A DNA stretch of 64,000 nucleotides from an uncultured bacterium (GTDB taxonomy: Bacteria; Fermentibacterota; Fermentibacteria; Fermentibacterales; JCC-6): contig CAZSKU010000008.1 in assembly GCA_964607515.1 (NCBI GenBank), positions 149-64,148 on the forward strand, written 5' to 3'. The notes under the pieces are model-generated. The model was not told the origin of the DNA. It saw only the letters and a list, made by a program, of their open reading frames with translations, and searched no databases. The position numbers and the translations under genes were made by a program. Within the stretch, counting starts at the first letter, position 1. Every line of letters starts with the position of its first letter. This document shows, in pieces, positions 55,013-64,000 of this stretch.

Positions 55013-56354
55013 GGGGCCTTTCCGGCATTCCCAGCCTGGTTACCGCCTCGGGACTCACGAGTTCCCGGAACTCCCGTTCTGTGATTCCCGCGGCCAGGGC
55101 GGCTTCCTTTACGGATATCTCCTCCCGGGAGGCGGTCCGGGCGATTTCCAGGGCCCGGCCGTACCCGATTCGCTGGATCAGGGCCGTGACCTCCGCGGTG
55201 GAGGCCGAGACATGCCTTCGAAGAGCCTCGGGGTTGGCGGTTATGCCTTCCACGCAGTGGGTCCTGAGCCTGTAGGCCGCCTCGGCGAGCATCCTCTGGC
55301 TCTCCAGGAGGGAATGTGCCACCAGGGGCAGGAAGGGGTTGAGTTCCAGGCATCCCAGGGCACATGCGTGGTTCAGGGCCGAATGATGGCCCAGGGTCAT
55401 GAGCCCCGCCTGGACTGCCGCCTCGGGAATGACAGGGTTCACCTTTCCGGGCATGATGGAACTGCCGGCCTGCACCGCGGGCAGGTTGATCTCCCCTATA
55501 CCCGCCTCCGGCCCGGACGACAGGAGCCTCAGGTCGCAAGCCACCTTGATCATGTTCGTGGCGCAGGTGGCAAGCATTCCCGAGACTTCCGAGAAGGCGT
55601 CGGCGTTCTGGGTGGCCTCCACAAGGTTTTCCGCCCTGGCCAGACCGATGCCGGTCTCTCTCTTCAGGTTGTCCACCACCCGGAAGATGTAGTCCCGGGG
55701 AGCTCCCAGGCCCGTACCGATGGCGGTTCCCCCGAGGTTCACCACCCTGAGGCGCTCCTCGCACCTCTCGATCCGCCACCTGTCCCGGTTGAAAGCCTCG
55801 GCCCATGCTCCGAAGGACCTGCCGAGGGTGGTCAGCACGGCGTCCCGGAGCTGGGTCCGGCCCATCTTCACCAGATCGGAGAACTCGGCCTCCTTCGCCT
55901 GGAGCGCCTCCTGAAGACCCAGCAGGGCGGCCTCCAGCTCCCTGCCCCTGATTATCGCCGCCAGCCTCAGGGCCGTGGGGAAGGTGTCGTTGGTGGACTG
56001 GTGCAGGTTCACGTGCTCCAGAGGACTCACCTCCACCGACCCCAGCTCCCCCGCCCTGCGGGCGAGAACCTCGTTGACGTTCATGTTGAGGGAGGTGCCG
56101 GCCCCTCCCTGGAGCGCGTCCACCACCACCCGGGAGTCGAGTTCGCCCCGGGCCATCTCTTCCGAGGCCCGGATCAACGGCCGTGCCACCGGAGTGTGGA
56201 GATACCCCAGCTGGTGGTTCGTGGTCGCGGCGGCTCTCTTCACATGGCCGTAGCAGTGGATCATGACAGGATCCACGGGCCTTCCCGCCACCCGGAAGTT
56301 CTCCAGGGCCTTCTCCGTTTCGGGGCCCCAGAGGGGACGCTCAGCAGTAGACAT
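54999..56354 (-). CDS. aspA: aspartate ammonia-lyase (fumarase/aspartase class II family)
   Basis: GSSIMPGKVNP signature, KMGRTQLRDA; embedded between hydG and hydF. Confidence 0.8.
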   Translation of the reverse strand: MSTAERPLWGPETEKALENFRVAGRPVDPVMIHCYGHVKRAAATTNHQLGYLHTPVARPLIRASEEMARGELDSRVVVDALQGGAGTSLNMNVNEVLARRAGELGSVEVSPLEHVNLHQSTNDTFPTALRLAAIIRGRELEAALLGLQEALQAKEAEFSDLVKMGRTQLRDAVLTTLGRSFGAWAEAFNRDRWRIERCEERLRVVNLGGTAIGTGLGAPRDYIFRVVDNLKRETGIGLARAENLVEATQNADAFSEVSGMLATCATNMIKVACDLRLLSSGPEAGIGEINLPAVQAGSSIMPGKVNPVIPEAAVQAGLMTLGHHSALNHACALGCLELNPFLPLVAHSLLESQRMLAEAAYRLRTHCVEGITANPEALRRHVSASTAEVTALIQRIGYGRALEIARTASREEISVKEAALAAGITEREFRELVSPEAVTRLGMPERPHENP

Positions 56355-57738
56355 CCCTCTCCCCGGCCTTCACCTTCCTGAGCATCGCCTCGGTCCTCTT
56401 CCGGGCCGCCGGAGTCATCCCCTCCAGGAAGTTTTCTATGCATTCCAGGCCTGCCCGGCGGGTCTCCGGACGGGCGTAGTCCTCCAGGTACTCCAGGAAG
56501 GTGCTGGCGGCGTTGGGATCGCAGTGCATCCTGATATCCCCGGGCCTGGCCAGATCCATGAAGTCCTTGCCCGTTCTTCCCAGTCGGTAGCATCCGGTGC
56601 AGAAACTGGGCACGTATCCCATTCCCGCCACGTCCCGGATGACCTCATCCAGGGGCCTGTGGTCTCCGAGGCTGAACTGGGCTCCATCCTCCCGGCTCTC
56701 CCCTTCGGCGTAGCCCCCGGGGTTCGTCCTGCTTCCGGCGGAAATCTGGCTCACTCCCAGGGCGAAGGTCTCCCGGCGCATGTTCGGGGTTTCCCTGGTG
56801 GACATGATTATGCCGGTGTAGGGAACCGTCAGCCGGAGGATCGCCACGATCCTTCTGAAGTCGTCGTCGTCAACGGGATGGGGGGGATGGGCGGCGATGT
56901 CGGAACCGGTGGCGGGTTCGAGCCTGGGAACGCTTATGGTGTGGGGACCCACTCCCCAGCGGTCCTCCAGGTGCCCGATGTGCTGAAGCAGGGCCTGTAT
57001 CTCCCACCTCCAGGGGCTCAGGCCGAAAAGGACACCTATCCCGACGTCGTCTATTCCGGCCTCCATGGCCCGGTCCACGGCTGTTATCCTCCAGCCGTAG
57101 TCCCGTTTCCTGCCGCCCACGTGCACCCGGCCGTAGGTCCCGGGGTGATACGTCTCCTGAAATATCTGATAGGTTCCGATGCCGGTCGTCTTAAGCCGGG
57201 AGAACTCCTCGGACGAGAGGGGCGCAATGTTCACGTTGATCCTGCGGATGTTGCCCCGGCCGGACCTTACGCCGTACACCGTGGCGATGCTCTTCAGTAC
57301 GTACTCGAACCCTTCCCGGGGGTACGACTCGCCGGCAACCAGCAGAATCCTCTTGTGCCCCTGGTCCACCAGTATCCCGGTCTCCCGGGCGATCTCCTCC
57401 TGGGTGAGCGCCCGGCGGACAATCTTCGGGTTCGACGCCCGGAAGGCGCAGTACAGGCATTCGTTACCGCAGAGGTTGGAGATGTACAGCGGCGCGAAGA
57501 TCACCAGACGTTTCCCGTAAATGGTTTCCTTCACCCGGCGGGCCGTCTCGAACAGCTCCGAGGAAAGCCCGGGATCCCTGACGGAGGAGAGGACCGCAGC
57601 TTCCTCCGGGGAAAGGCCCTTCATCTCGCCGGCCTTGGCGAGAACCTCGCGAATCCTTGCCGGATCCGGTTCGCCCGGGTTTTCGAGAATGGCTTCGATC
57701 CGCTCCGGATCAATTATGGGAATGGTCTCGGTGCTCAT
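56341..57738 (-). CDS. hydG: [FeFe]-hydrogenase radical SAM maturase HydG (ThiH-like)
   Basis: CGNECLYCAF radical SAM motif, C-terminal CTGCYR... cluster site, 465 aa. Confidence 0.85.
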   Translation of the reverse strand: MSTETIPIIDPERIEAILENPGEPDPARIREVLAKAGEMKGLSPEEAAVLSSVRDPGLSSELFETARRVKETIYGKRLVIFAPLYISNLCGNECLYCAFRASNPKIVRRALTQEEIARETGILVDQGHKRILLVAGESYPREGFEYVLKSIATVYGVRSGRGNIRRINVNIAPLSSEEFSRLKTTGIGTYQIFQETYHPGTYGRVHVGGRKRDYGWRITAVDRAMEAGIDDVGIGVLFGLSPWRWEIQALLQHIGHLEDRWGVGPHTISVPRLEPATGSDIAAHPPHPVDDDDFRRIVAILRLTVPYTGIIMSTRETPNMRRETFALGVSQISAGSRTNPGGYAEGESREDGAQFSLGDHRPLDEVIRDVAGMGYVPSFCTGCYRLGRTGKDFMDLARPGDIRMHCDPNAASTFLEYLEDYARPETRRAGLECIENFLEGMTPAARKRTEAMLRKVKAGERDVYC

Positions 57739-57808
57739 CTTCTACTCCATTGAATGGGTTCTGGGAAACGTGTCACCTGAATATAGTAACAATTCCCATG
57801 TAGGATTT

Positions 57809-59047
57809 TCAGCCCCGGCGTCTCCAGGCCGCCGCGAAGATGCCGTCCACGCCTGAAGCGGGCGGAAGGGACACCATCATCCCTTCCCTTTCCAAGGAGG
57901 CCGGCACCTCCAGGGGGATTCTGGCGAATTCCGGGTGGGCGGCCTCGAAGCGGCCGACCTGATCCTGGTTCTCCTCGGGTTCCAGACTGCACGTGCTGTA
58001 GAAAACGGCTCCCCCGGGGGAGGTGAGACGGGCGGCCTGCTCCAGCAGTTCGCCCTGAAGCCTGGCTATCCTGCGAAGGGTTTCCACCGACCACGCCCAC
58101 CTGGCTCCGGGTCGCCTTCTGAGCACCCCGGTGTTGGTGCAGGGCGCATCGAGGAAGACCTTGTCGAACCCTCCCCGGAGCGGGGGGTATCTGCCGTCCC
58201 CCACCAGGGGGTGGGCGTGTTCCCAACGGAGCCTCTCCCGGTTCTCCAGCCACCGCCGCATTCTTCCAAAGGAAAGGTCCATGCAGACCGTAAAACACCC
58301 CTCCTGGTGGGCCGTCTTTCCGCCGGGAGCCGCGCAGATCTCAAGGGCGGTTTCTCCTGGAATGGCTCTGAAAGCCCTGGCGGCCACGGCAGCCGCCTCG
58401 TCCTGAAGAAAAACGCCGGGAGGAGGCAGGGGAATACCCCTGTCCACTATCCGGTAACCCTCTAGGTAAAGGCCTGGCCGGCCGGCCGGGGGCGGGCCGA
58501 AGGCGAATCCCCCCAGCGGGGGCGGCTCGTTGTTCCATTTCATCAGTCCCTCGGTTTCCCCGGAACCCCGGCGATCGGTCCACCTTCGCACCAGCTCCTC
58601 CGGGTGCGACCAACGCACATGGGGCGGAAGGTTATCTTCCTCGCCCTCCGAGGCCAGTCTTCGAAGTACCGCGTTCACCAGCCCCCGGGCTCCCGGGTTT
58701 CCCGCCAGCTTTACCGTTTCCGAGACAGCTGCGTGGACGGGCGTTCCCAGCACCAGAATCTGGGCCGCCCCCAGCCGGAGCACCGCCAGGGTTCTGCCGT
58801 CCAGGGAGTCCAGGGGCTGTCTGAGAAAGCGGGCCAGAGCTCTGTCCAGCCTGACCCGCCAGACGACGGTTTCCCTTCTAAGCCTGAGGGCGAAGGCTGA
58901 GTCTCTGGGGGTAAGCCCCGACGCGGACCCGGCGCCCCGGCCCAGAAGCGAGTCCAGGGCGGCTCTTCTGGGATCGGGAGGGGCGTCAGAACGCGAGGTT
59001 TTCAACCTTCTCGAGATCCGGGAACACCGCCTTAAGATTCCGCTCAA
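57809..59047 (-). CDS. rsmB: 16S rRNA m5C967 methyltransferase RsmB/Sun family
   Basis: NusB-like N-domain, FDKVFLDAPCTNTGV SAM motif; 5' end overlaps nifU-like gene by ~62 nt, true start unresolved. Confidence 0.7.
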   Translation of the reverse strand: MSGILRRCSRISRRLKTSRSDAPPDPRRAALDSLLGRGAGSASGLTPRDSAFALRLRRETVVWRVRLDRALARFLRQPLDSLDGRTLAVLRLGAAQILVLGTPVHAAVSETVKLAGNPGARGLVNAVLRRLASEGEEDNLPPHVRWSHPEELVRRWTDRRGSGETEGLMKWNNEPPPLGGFAFGPPPAGRPGLYLEGYRIVDRGIPLPPPGVFLQDEAAAVAARAFRAIPGETALEICAAPGGKTAHQEGCFTVCMDLSFGRMRRWLENRERLRWEHAHPLVGDGRYPPLRGGFDKVFLDAPCTNTGVLRRRPGARWAWSVETLRRIARLQGELLEQAARLTSPGGAVFYSTCSLEPEENQDQVGRFEAAHPEFARIPLEVPASLEREGMMVSLPPASGVDGIFAAAWRRRG

Positions 59048-59231
59048 CGCCGTGCTGCAGGGTCAGAGCCGCGAAGGCGCACCCGCTGCAGGCGCCCTGA
59101 AGCTCCACCTTCACGGTCTTTCCCTCCAGGGCGACGAACCTGATGTCGCCACCGTCCCCCTGAAGCATGGGTCTTATTTTCTCGAGCTCCGCGATCACGT
59201 TCTCTTCCGTGAGGGGAAGTGTGCCGGGCAT
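58986..59231 (-). CDS. NifU-like Fe-S scaffold domain protein (Nfu C-domain)
   Basis: 81 aa with GACSGCA motif; GAGAAAGGA RBS; only the last 81 aa of ORF 58986..60581 are real. Confidence 0.6.
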   Translation of the reverse strand: MPGTLPLTEENVIAELEKIRPMLQGDGGDIRFVALEGKTVKVELQGACSGCAFAALTLQHGVERNLKAVFPDLEKVENLAF

Positions 59232-59245
59232 GATCCTGTCCTTTC

Positions 59246-61321
59246 TCACTTGGCCTGGGCCAGTACCAGGGATACAATGGTCATGAGTTTTATGAGGATG
59301 TTCAGGGAGGGGCCGCTGGTGTCCTTGAACGGGTCGCCCACGGTGTCGCCGATGACGGCGGACTCGTGGCCGGGGGAACCCTTGCCCCCCAGGTGCCCCT
59401 CCTCGATGTGCTTCTTGGCATTGTCCCACGCGCCCCCAGAGTTGCTCATGAATATCGCCAGCAGGACACCCGTCACGATGGCCCCCGCCAGAAGGCCTCC
59501 CAGGGTCTCGGGCCCCCGCCCGCCGAAACCGAAGTAGACCGCGACCGGCACAGCCACCGCGAGAATCCCGGGCAGTATCATCTCCGTCAGGGCGGCCCTG
59601 GTGGCTATGTCCACGCACTTCTCGGTGTCCGGTTCCGCCTCCCCCTCCATGAGCCCCTTGATAACGGCGAACTGCCTCCTCACCTCGGCCACCATCTTCA
59701 TGGCGGCCCTCCCTACGGAACGCAGGGTTATGGAGGCGAAGAGGAAGGGGAGAAGCCCCCCGATCAGAAGCCCCGCCACCACGTAGGGGCTCAGCAGGTC
59801 GATTGCCGCCAGGCCAGCCGCCTGGGCGTAGGCTGTGAACAGGGCCAATGCGGTCAACGCGGCGCTCCCGATGGCGAATCCCTTGCCCATGGCCGCGGTG
59901 GTGTTCCCCAGAGCGTCCAGCTGGTCGGTCCTCCGGCGAACCTCCCCGGAAAGACCCGCCATGCTGGCTATGCCTCCAGCGTTGTCCGCCACCGGCCCGT
60001 AGGCGTCCACCGACATGGTCATGCCCACGTTCATCAGCATGCCCAGGGCCGCCATGGCAATGCCGTAGAGACCGGCGAACCGGTGCCCCGCCAGGACTGC
60101 CGCGGCGATGAGAACCATGGGAATCAGGGCCGATTCCATGCCCACGGCGACACCCTCGATGATGGTGGTGGCGGAGCCGGTTCCGGTGGCTTCGGCGATC
60201 TTTCTCACGGGTCGCGCGCTGGTGTAGTACTCGGTCACCAGCCCGATGACGGTTCCCACCGCCACCCCCATGGTAACCGCCAGAAAAACCCCCTGGTGCA
60301 CGTGAAGGAAACCGGTCAACAGCCACCCCAGGAGGATGCTCAGCCCGGCGCTCACGAAGGTTCCGTTTCTGAGCGCCGAATGGGGAGAGCTGTTCCGGAA
60401 GATCCTCACGTACATGGCGCCGGCAAGGCTGGCCAGGGTGCCCAGAGCGGCCAGAAGAAGCGGCAGAGCGATAAGCGTCTGGGCGCCCAGGTGATGGGCG
60501 TCGTGGCGGGGGGCGGAAAACAGATCCTGCACCCCCGCGGGGCTCATGCCCAGAGCAAGAACCACCGCTGCGATGATGCACCCCACGTATGACTCGAACA
60601 GGTCTGCGCCCATCCCCGCCACGTCGCCCACGTTGTCGCCAACGTTGTCGGCGATCACCGCCGGGTTCCTGGGATCGTCCTCCGGAATCCCCGCCTCTAT
60701 CTTGCCCACCAGGTCGGCGCCCACGTCGGCGCTCTTGGTGAAGATACCCCCGCCCACCCGGGCGAACAGGGCTATGCTGCTGGCGCCCATACCGAATCCG
60801 GCCAGGCTGTCCAGGCTCACTGAAACCCCCAGAAGTCCGGACAGGAAACTTCTGACGGTTTCCACGTCATGGAAGGCCAGGAAGAAGACGCTCACCCCGA
60901 GGAGACCGAAACCGGCCACTGAAAAGCCCATTACGCTGCCGGAGCTGAAGGCCGCCGCCAGAGCCCCGGCAAGGCTCTCCCGGGCGGCTTCGGTGGTTCT
61001 GACGTTTCCGGTGGTGGCAGCCTTCATGCCTACGTAACCCGCCAGCATGCTGGAAAGGGCGCCCGCCACGAAAGCCAGCCCCGTGGCCCTGCCCAGAAAG
61101 AGGAATATCAACAGCGCCACCACCGCAACGAAAACCAGAAGGATTCTGTACTGGGTCTTCAGATAGGTCATGGCGCCGACACTTATCAGTCCGGCGATCC
61201 TTTTCATGAGATCGTTGCCGGGAGAAGACCTTCTGAGCCCGGCGTACACCAATGCGGCCACCGCCAGGGTCAGAACGGCCACTCCCGGAGCAAGGTAGGT
61301 GAACAGAGCGTCCGCCTGCAT
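59246..61321 (-). CDS. hppA: membrane-bound H+/Na+-translocating pyrophosphatase
   Basis: 16-TM V-PPase with GDNVGD, DxxGNTTAA motifs. Confidence 0.9.
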   Translation of the reverse strand: MQADALFTYLAPGVAVLTLAVAALVYAGLRRSSPGNDLMKRIAGLISVGAMTYLKTQYRILLVFVAVVALLIFLFLGRATGLAFVAGALSSMLAGYVGMKAATTGNVRTTEAARESLAGALAAAFSSGSVMGFSVAGFGLLGVSVFFLAFHDVETVRSFLSGLLGVSVSLDSLAGFGMGASSIALFARVGGGIFTKSADVGADLVGKIEAGIPEDDPRNPAVIADNVGDNVGDVAGMGADLFESYVGCIIAAVVLALGMSPAGVQDLFSAPRHDAHHLGAQTLIALPLLLAALGTLASLAGAMYVRIFRNSSPHSALRNGTFVSAGLSILLGWLLTGFLHVHQGVFLAVTMGVAVGTVIGLVTEYYTSARPVRKIAEATGTGSATTIIEGVAVGMESALIPMVLIAAAVLAGHRFAGLYGIAMAALGMLMNVGMTMSVDAYGPVADNAGGIASMAGLSGEVRRRTDQLDALGNTTAAMGKGFAIGSAALTALALFTAYAQAAGLAAIDLLSPYVVAGLLIGGLLPFLFASITLRSVGRAAMKMVAEVRRQFAVIKGLMEGEAEPDTEKCVDIATRAALTEMILPGILAVAVPVAVYFGFGGRGPETLGGLLAGAIVTGVLLAIFMSNSGGAWDNAKKHIEEGHLGGKGSPGHESAVIGDTVGDPFKDTSGPSLNILIKLMTIVSLVLAQAK

Positions 61322-61383
61322 TCATACCTCCGTCGGATCGGGTTGGAATGGAAGGATGGGTTAAGCCCCGGATTTCTAACCCA

Positions 61384-62940
61384 TTAGCGCAGGCCGGTCA
61401 AGCCGCTCAGAGCGCTCCTGGAGGGCTGGTGGCCGGGGTTGTGCCGAAGGGCTTCCATAAACCAGAAGGCCGCCTCCTCCTCTTCTCCCTCCTCCAGGGC
61501 CATGACTCCGAGGTTGTAGAGGGCGTCGGTTCCGTTCAGGTCTATGCCGTCCGTCCTTCTGGAAGCTCTGTCCCAGGCTTCCATGAAGAGCAACCGGGCT
61601 TCGCTCCGGTTGCCCGCGGTGTACTGGGCCATGCCATGGTGAAAAGGCATGTTCACCCCGGCGGTCTCCACGTAAGGCCCCGTGAGCAGGGCGAGCCCCG
61701 CCCCCGCCAGTAGCCCCAGGGGGGCGGTGAGAAGTCCCGCCTTCAGCTTCCGGGCGAATCGGGGCGCCAGGAGCAGCAGGGCGAAGGGGATCAGCGGCAG
61801 TCTGAACCTCGCGGTGATGAAGAAAGGCAGCAGCCCCGCCGCCAGCACGCCGATCCAGACCAGCAGCCTTCTCTCGAAGACCGTCGGCTTCCCGGCCATG
61901 AGGGCCCCGGGAAGAAGGAACCATATCAGAATGCCGGGCAGGGCGATCGGCGGCCCGGTCACCAGGATGCCCGCCAGGGGGGACATCCTTTCCATGTAGT
62001 AAACGTCGTAGTTGCAAGGCTGTTCCACGGGGCTCAGCAGATGGACGGCCTTCTCGGCCAGGAGACCCGCGGTGCGCAGAGGCTCCCGGGCGGCGTATTC
62101 CAGGGTCCGGGCGGTCCACCACGAGGATACCCGCGAAGGCTCTGTCTCCTGGGGGAACGGTTCCAGACTGGCCGCCCACACGTTGTCCACGTAGGGAAGA
62201 TCCTCCCGGGGCAGCCTTCCGCCGGGCGGGGCGAAGGCTGTGATGCCGTCGGCCTCCGGACCTGAACCGATGTAGAAGTTGATCCCGCCCTGGCTGGATA
62301 TCACCGTGCCGGGGTCCCCGGCAAGGGCGTTCACAGCCCACACCGCAGCCAGGGGAATGAAGAACGCCGGCCATGCCCTGGCCCGGGGACGGAACAGTGC
62401 GATGCCCGCCGGCATCAGGAGGACGGCTCCGGGTCTGGCAATGCCGGCAAGCCCCAGGAGAAGCCACGGACCCCGGGAGTCCGGAGACCGTTCCATCCAG
62501 AGGAACGTTCCCGTGAGCAGGAGTATGTACAGCGGCTCGATGAGCATGAAACCGGAATAGACCAGCCAGGTCCCCCAGAGGGACCAGAGGGCGCCGGTGA
62601 ACAGGGCGATTCCGCGGCTGTAATGCCGAAGGGCCAGTCTGTGGACCAGCACCGCGGTTCCGGCGCCGCACAGCATGGAAAAAAAAGCCCCCTGGAGGGG
62701 ACCGCCCCGGGTGAGAAAGAGCCATGCTCCCAGAAGCCAGGGATACAGTGGGGCCCTGAAATAGGGAGCGTAGACGAAAAGGTTTCCCCTGGAAACTGCG
62801 GATGCCCACTCCAGGTGCCATCTGGCGTCCACCACCGGGTAAGCCCCCAGGGGGGAGCCGAGAACGGGGCCGTTCACACCGGCCCATGCGGCCAGGAACA
62901 AAGCCAGAACCGCCAGGGAGTCGGCGAAACCCGTTTTCAT
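61384..62940 (-). CDS. PMT_2/ArnT-like (GT39/GT83-type) membrane glycosyltransferase with C-terminal TPR repeats
   Basis: Polytopic N-terminal region, TPR-like C-terminus; start MKTGFADSL in ATGA overlap with rfaE2 stop. Confidence 0.6.
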   Translation of the reverse strand: MKTGFADSLAVLALFLAAWAGVNGPVLGSPLGAYPVVDARWHLEWASAVSRGNLFVYAPYFRAPLYPWLLGAWLFLTRGGPLQGAFFSMLCGAGTAVLVHRLALRHYSRGIALFTGALWSLWGTWLVYSGFMLIEPLYILLLTGTFLWMERSPDSRGPWLLLGLAGIARPGAVLLMPAGIALFRPRARAWPAFFIPLAAVWAVNALAGDPGTVISSQGGINFYIGSGPEADGITAFAPPGGRLPREDLPYVDNVWAASLEPFPQETEPSRVSSWWTARTLEYAAREPLRTAGLLAEKAVHLLSPVEQPCNYDVYYMERMSPLAGILVTGPPIALPGILIWFLLPGALMAGKPTVFERRLLVWIGVLAAGLLPFFITARFRLPLIPFALLLLAPRFARKLKAGLLTAPLGLLAGAGLALLTGPYVETAGVNMPFHHGMAQYTAGNRSEARLLFMEAWDRASRRTDGIDLNGTDALYNLGVMALEEGEEEEAAFWFMEALRHNPGHQPSRSALSGLTGLR

Positions 62941-63392
62941 CCGCCCAGCAGGGAGGTGGTGGAATAGCCCTCCAGGGTGGGAACAATCACCACTTCCGGC
63001 ACCAGGGCTCCCCCCGCCACGTCTTCCCTGCGGTAGTCCCCGCCCTTCACCAGCACGTGGGGCCGGAGGACCCGGATAAGCTCCAGCGGGGTGTCTTCTG
63101 GAAAGGGAACCACGAAGTCCACCGGACGCAGGGCGCACAGCACCATCGCCCGTGCGTCCAGCCTCTGGACCGGTCTGCCCGACCCCTTCAGTCTTTCAAC
63201 CGATTCGTCGGTGTTCAGCCCCACGAACAGCACGTCCCCCAGGGAGGCCGCCTGATCGAGCACCCTGAGATGCCCGGGGTGGATGATGTCGAAACAACCG
63301 TTGGTGAACACGATCCGGCACCCGGCGGCCCTGAGCACCGCCGCCCGGCGGGCTGCGGCCTCTCGGGTCAGCAGTTCCCCGTTCCTAGTCAT
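62937..63392 (-). CDS. D-glycero-beta-D-manno-heptose-1-phosphate adenylyltransferase (RfaE domain II)
   Basis: Cytidylyltransferase fold GCFDIIHPGHL. Confidence 0.8.
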   Translation of the reverse strand: MTRNGELLTREAAARRAAVLRAAGCRIVFTNGCFDIIHPGHLRVLDQAASLGDVLFVGLNTDESVERLKGSGRPVQRLDARAMVLCALRPVDFVVPFPEDTPLELIRVLRPHVLVKGGDYRREDVAGGALVPEVVIVPTLEGYSTTSLLGG

Positions 63393-64000
63393 CCCGACGG
63401 GCTTCCCGAAGAATGTCCTCCGGGGTCACGGCGTACACCCCGGGTTCCGCACATACGGCGGCGGCGGCGAAGTTGGCCATCACTGCCGCCCTCTCCGGAG
63501 CCACACCCGAAGCGTAGGCCAGCCCCATCACCGCGATGACGGCGTCCCCCGCCCCGGAGACGTCGAACACATGCCTGGCGGCGGTAGGCTGAACAAGGGG
63601 TTTGGACGCCCCCCGCACACAGAGTATGGATCCCCCGGAACCCAGGGTCAGGAGAACGCCCCTGGCCTGAAGGTCTTCCAGGATACCGCCGCAGGCAGCC
63701 ATGAGTTCTTCGGCTCCGGCCTCCGCAAGGTCGCGTCCCAGGAAAGCGGCGGCTTCCCTCAGGTTCGGCTTGATCAGGCTGACCCCACGGAACAGGGTGA
63801 AATTCCTGTACTTGGGGTCAGCCAGGACGGGAACCTTCCTGTCCACGGCTTCCCCGATGATCCAGGGAATGTTGTGGGCCCCCAGGTATCCCTTGTCGTA
63901 ATCCTCGAAGAGCACCGCTCCCACGTCTCGGATGGTCCTGCGGATGCATTCCCCCTCGACCGAATCCCTGCCCGCAGCCCTGGGGGCGCAGGACTCCCTG
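63385..64000 (-). CDS. D-glycero-beta-D-manno-heptose-7-phosphate kinase (RfaE domain I), 5'-truncated by window edge
   Basis: pfkB-family C-terminus (DVSGAGDAV); frame open to 64000 with no stop. Confidence 0.7.
   Translation of the reverse strand, partial: RESCAPRAAGRDSVEGECIRRTIRDVGAVLFEDYDKGYLGAHNIPWIIGEAVDRKVPVLADPKYRNFTLFRGVSLIKPNLREAAAFLGRDLAEAGAEELMAACGGILEDLQARGVLLTLGSGGSILCVRGASKPLVQPTAARHVFDVSGAGDAVIAVMGLAYASGVAPERAAVMANFAAAAVCAEPGVYAVTPEDILREARRDD

Noticed and set aside
58986-60581. 531-aa ORF overlapping hppA
   Set aside because: Only the last 81 aa (NifU-like, from MPGTLPL) are credible; the rest is antisense to hppA.
1-64000. CRISPR arrays, IS elements, integrases, phage genes
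   Set aside because: No direct-repeat/spacer periodicity, no transposase/integrase/RT-like ORFs. The only repeat structures are short promoter/operator and terminator motifs.

Overview
High-GC (~65%) bacterial chromosomal segment, gene-dense, mostly transcribed on the minus strand. It looks like an anaerobe core region rather than a mobile or accessory island: Rnf complex, indolepyruvate:ferredoxin oxidoreductase, [FeFe]-hydrogenase maturases and selenocysteine machinery are all present.

One unbroken minus-strand array runs from 32425 down to 431:
- rnfCDGEAB, selA, selB.
- An exopolysaccharide module: ugd, a WecC-like dehydrogenase, a miniature Wza and a Wzc tyrosine kinase.
- A complete dcw (division / cell wall) cluster: mraZ-rsmH-ftsL-ftsI-murE-murF-mraY-murD-ftsW-murG-murC-ftsQ-ftsA-ftsZ. 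murB and ddl are absent.
- A TIGR03960-like radical SAM gene with its own promoter, a 54-aa membrane peptide and two tandem Cys-rich DUF3795 paralogs, ending convergently against rpmB.

The second half of the window contains:
- An arsenic / thiol-redox locus: arsC, then arsR, an ArsP-like permease, a thioredoxin, a TlpA-like lipoprotein and CcdA, behind a near-consensus sigma70 promoter.
- mgtE, bfr, an FAD-oxidoreductase/AsnB/GT2 glycan cluster and iorAB.
- A CPA2 antiporter, a DUF1846 gene, a 5'-nucleotidase and a hydG-aspA-hydF-hydE maturase operon.
- hppA, a nifU-like gene, rsmB, a PMT_2/TPR glycosyltransferase and a split rfaE (ADP-heptose) pair.

Genes are very tightly coupled by 4-nt ATGA/GTGA start-stop overlaps, and several starts are inferred as GTG from that geometry. 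No rRNA, tRNA, CRISPR, transposase or phage genes were seen. Nothing here is an obvious defence island.

The least-explained items are:
- A signal-peptide 2x[4Fe-4S] ferredoxin carrying a T9SS-like C-terminal sorting domain.
- A 35-aa Lys/Ala-rich histone-tail-like micro-ORF with a 5' hairpin.
- The radical SAM / DUF3795 operon.
- The mini-Wza.

Coordinates of short motifs read directly from the text may be off by +/-1.
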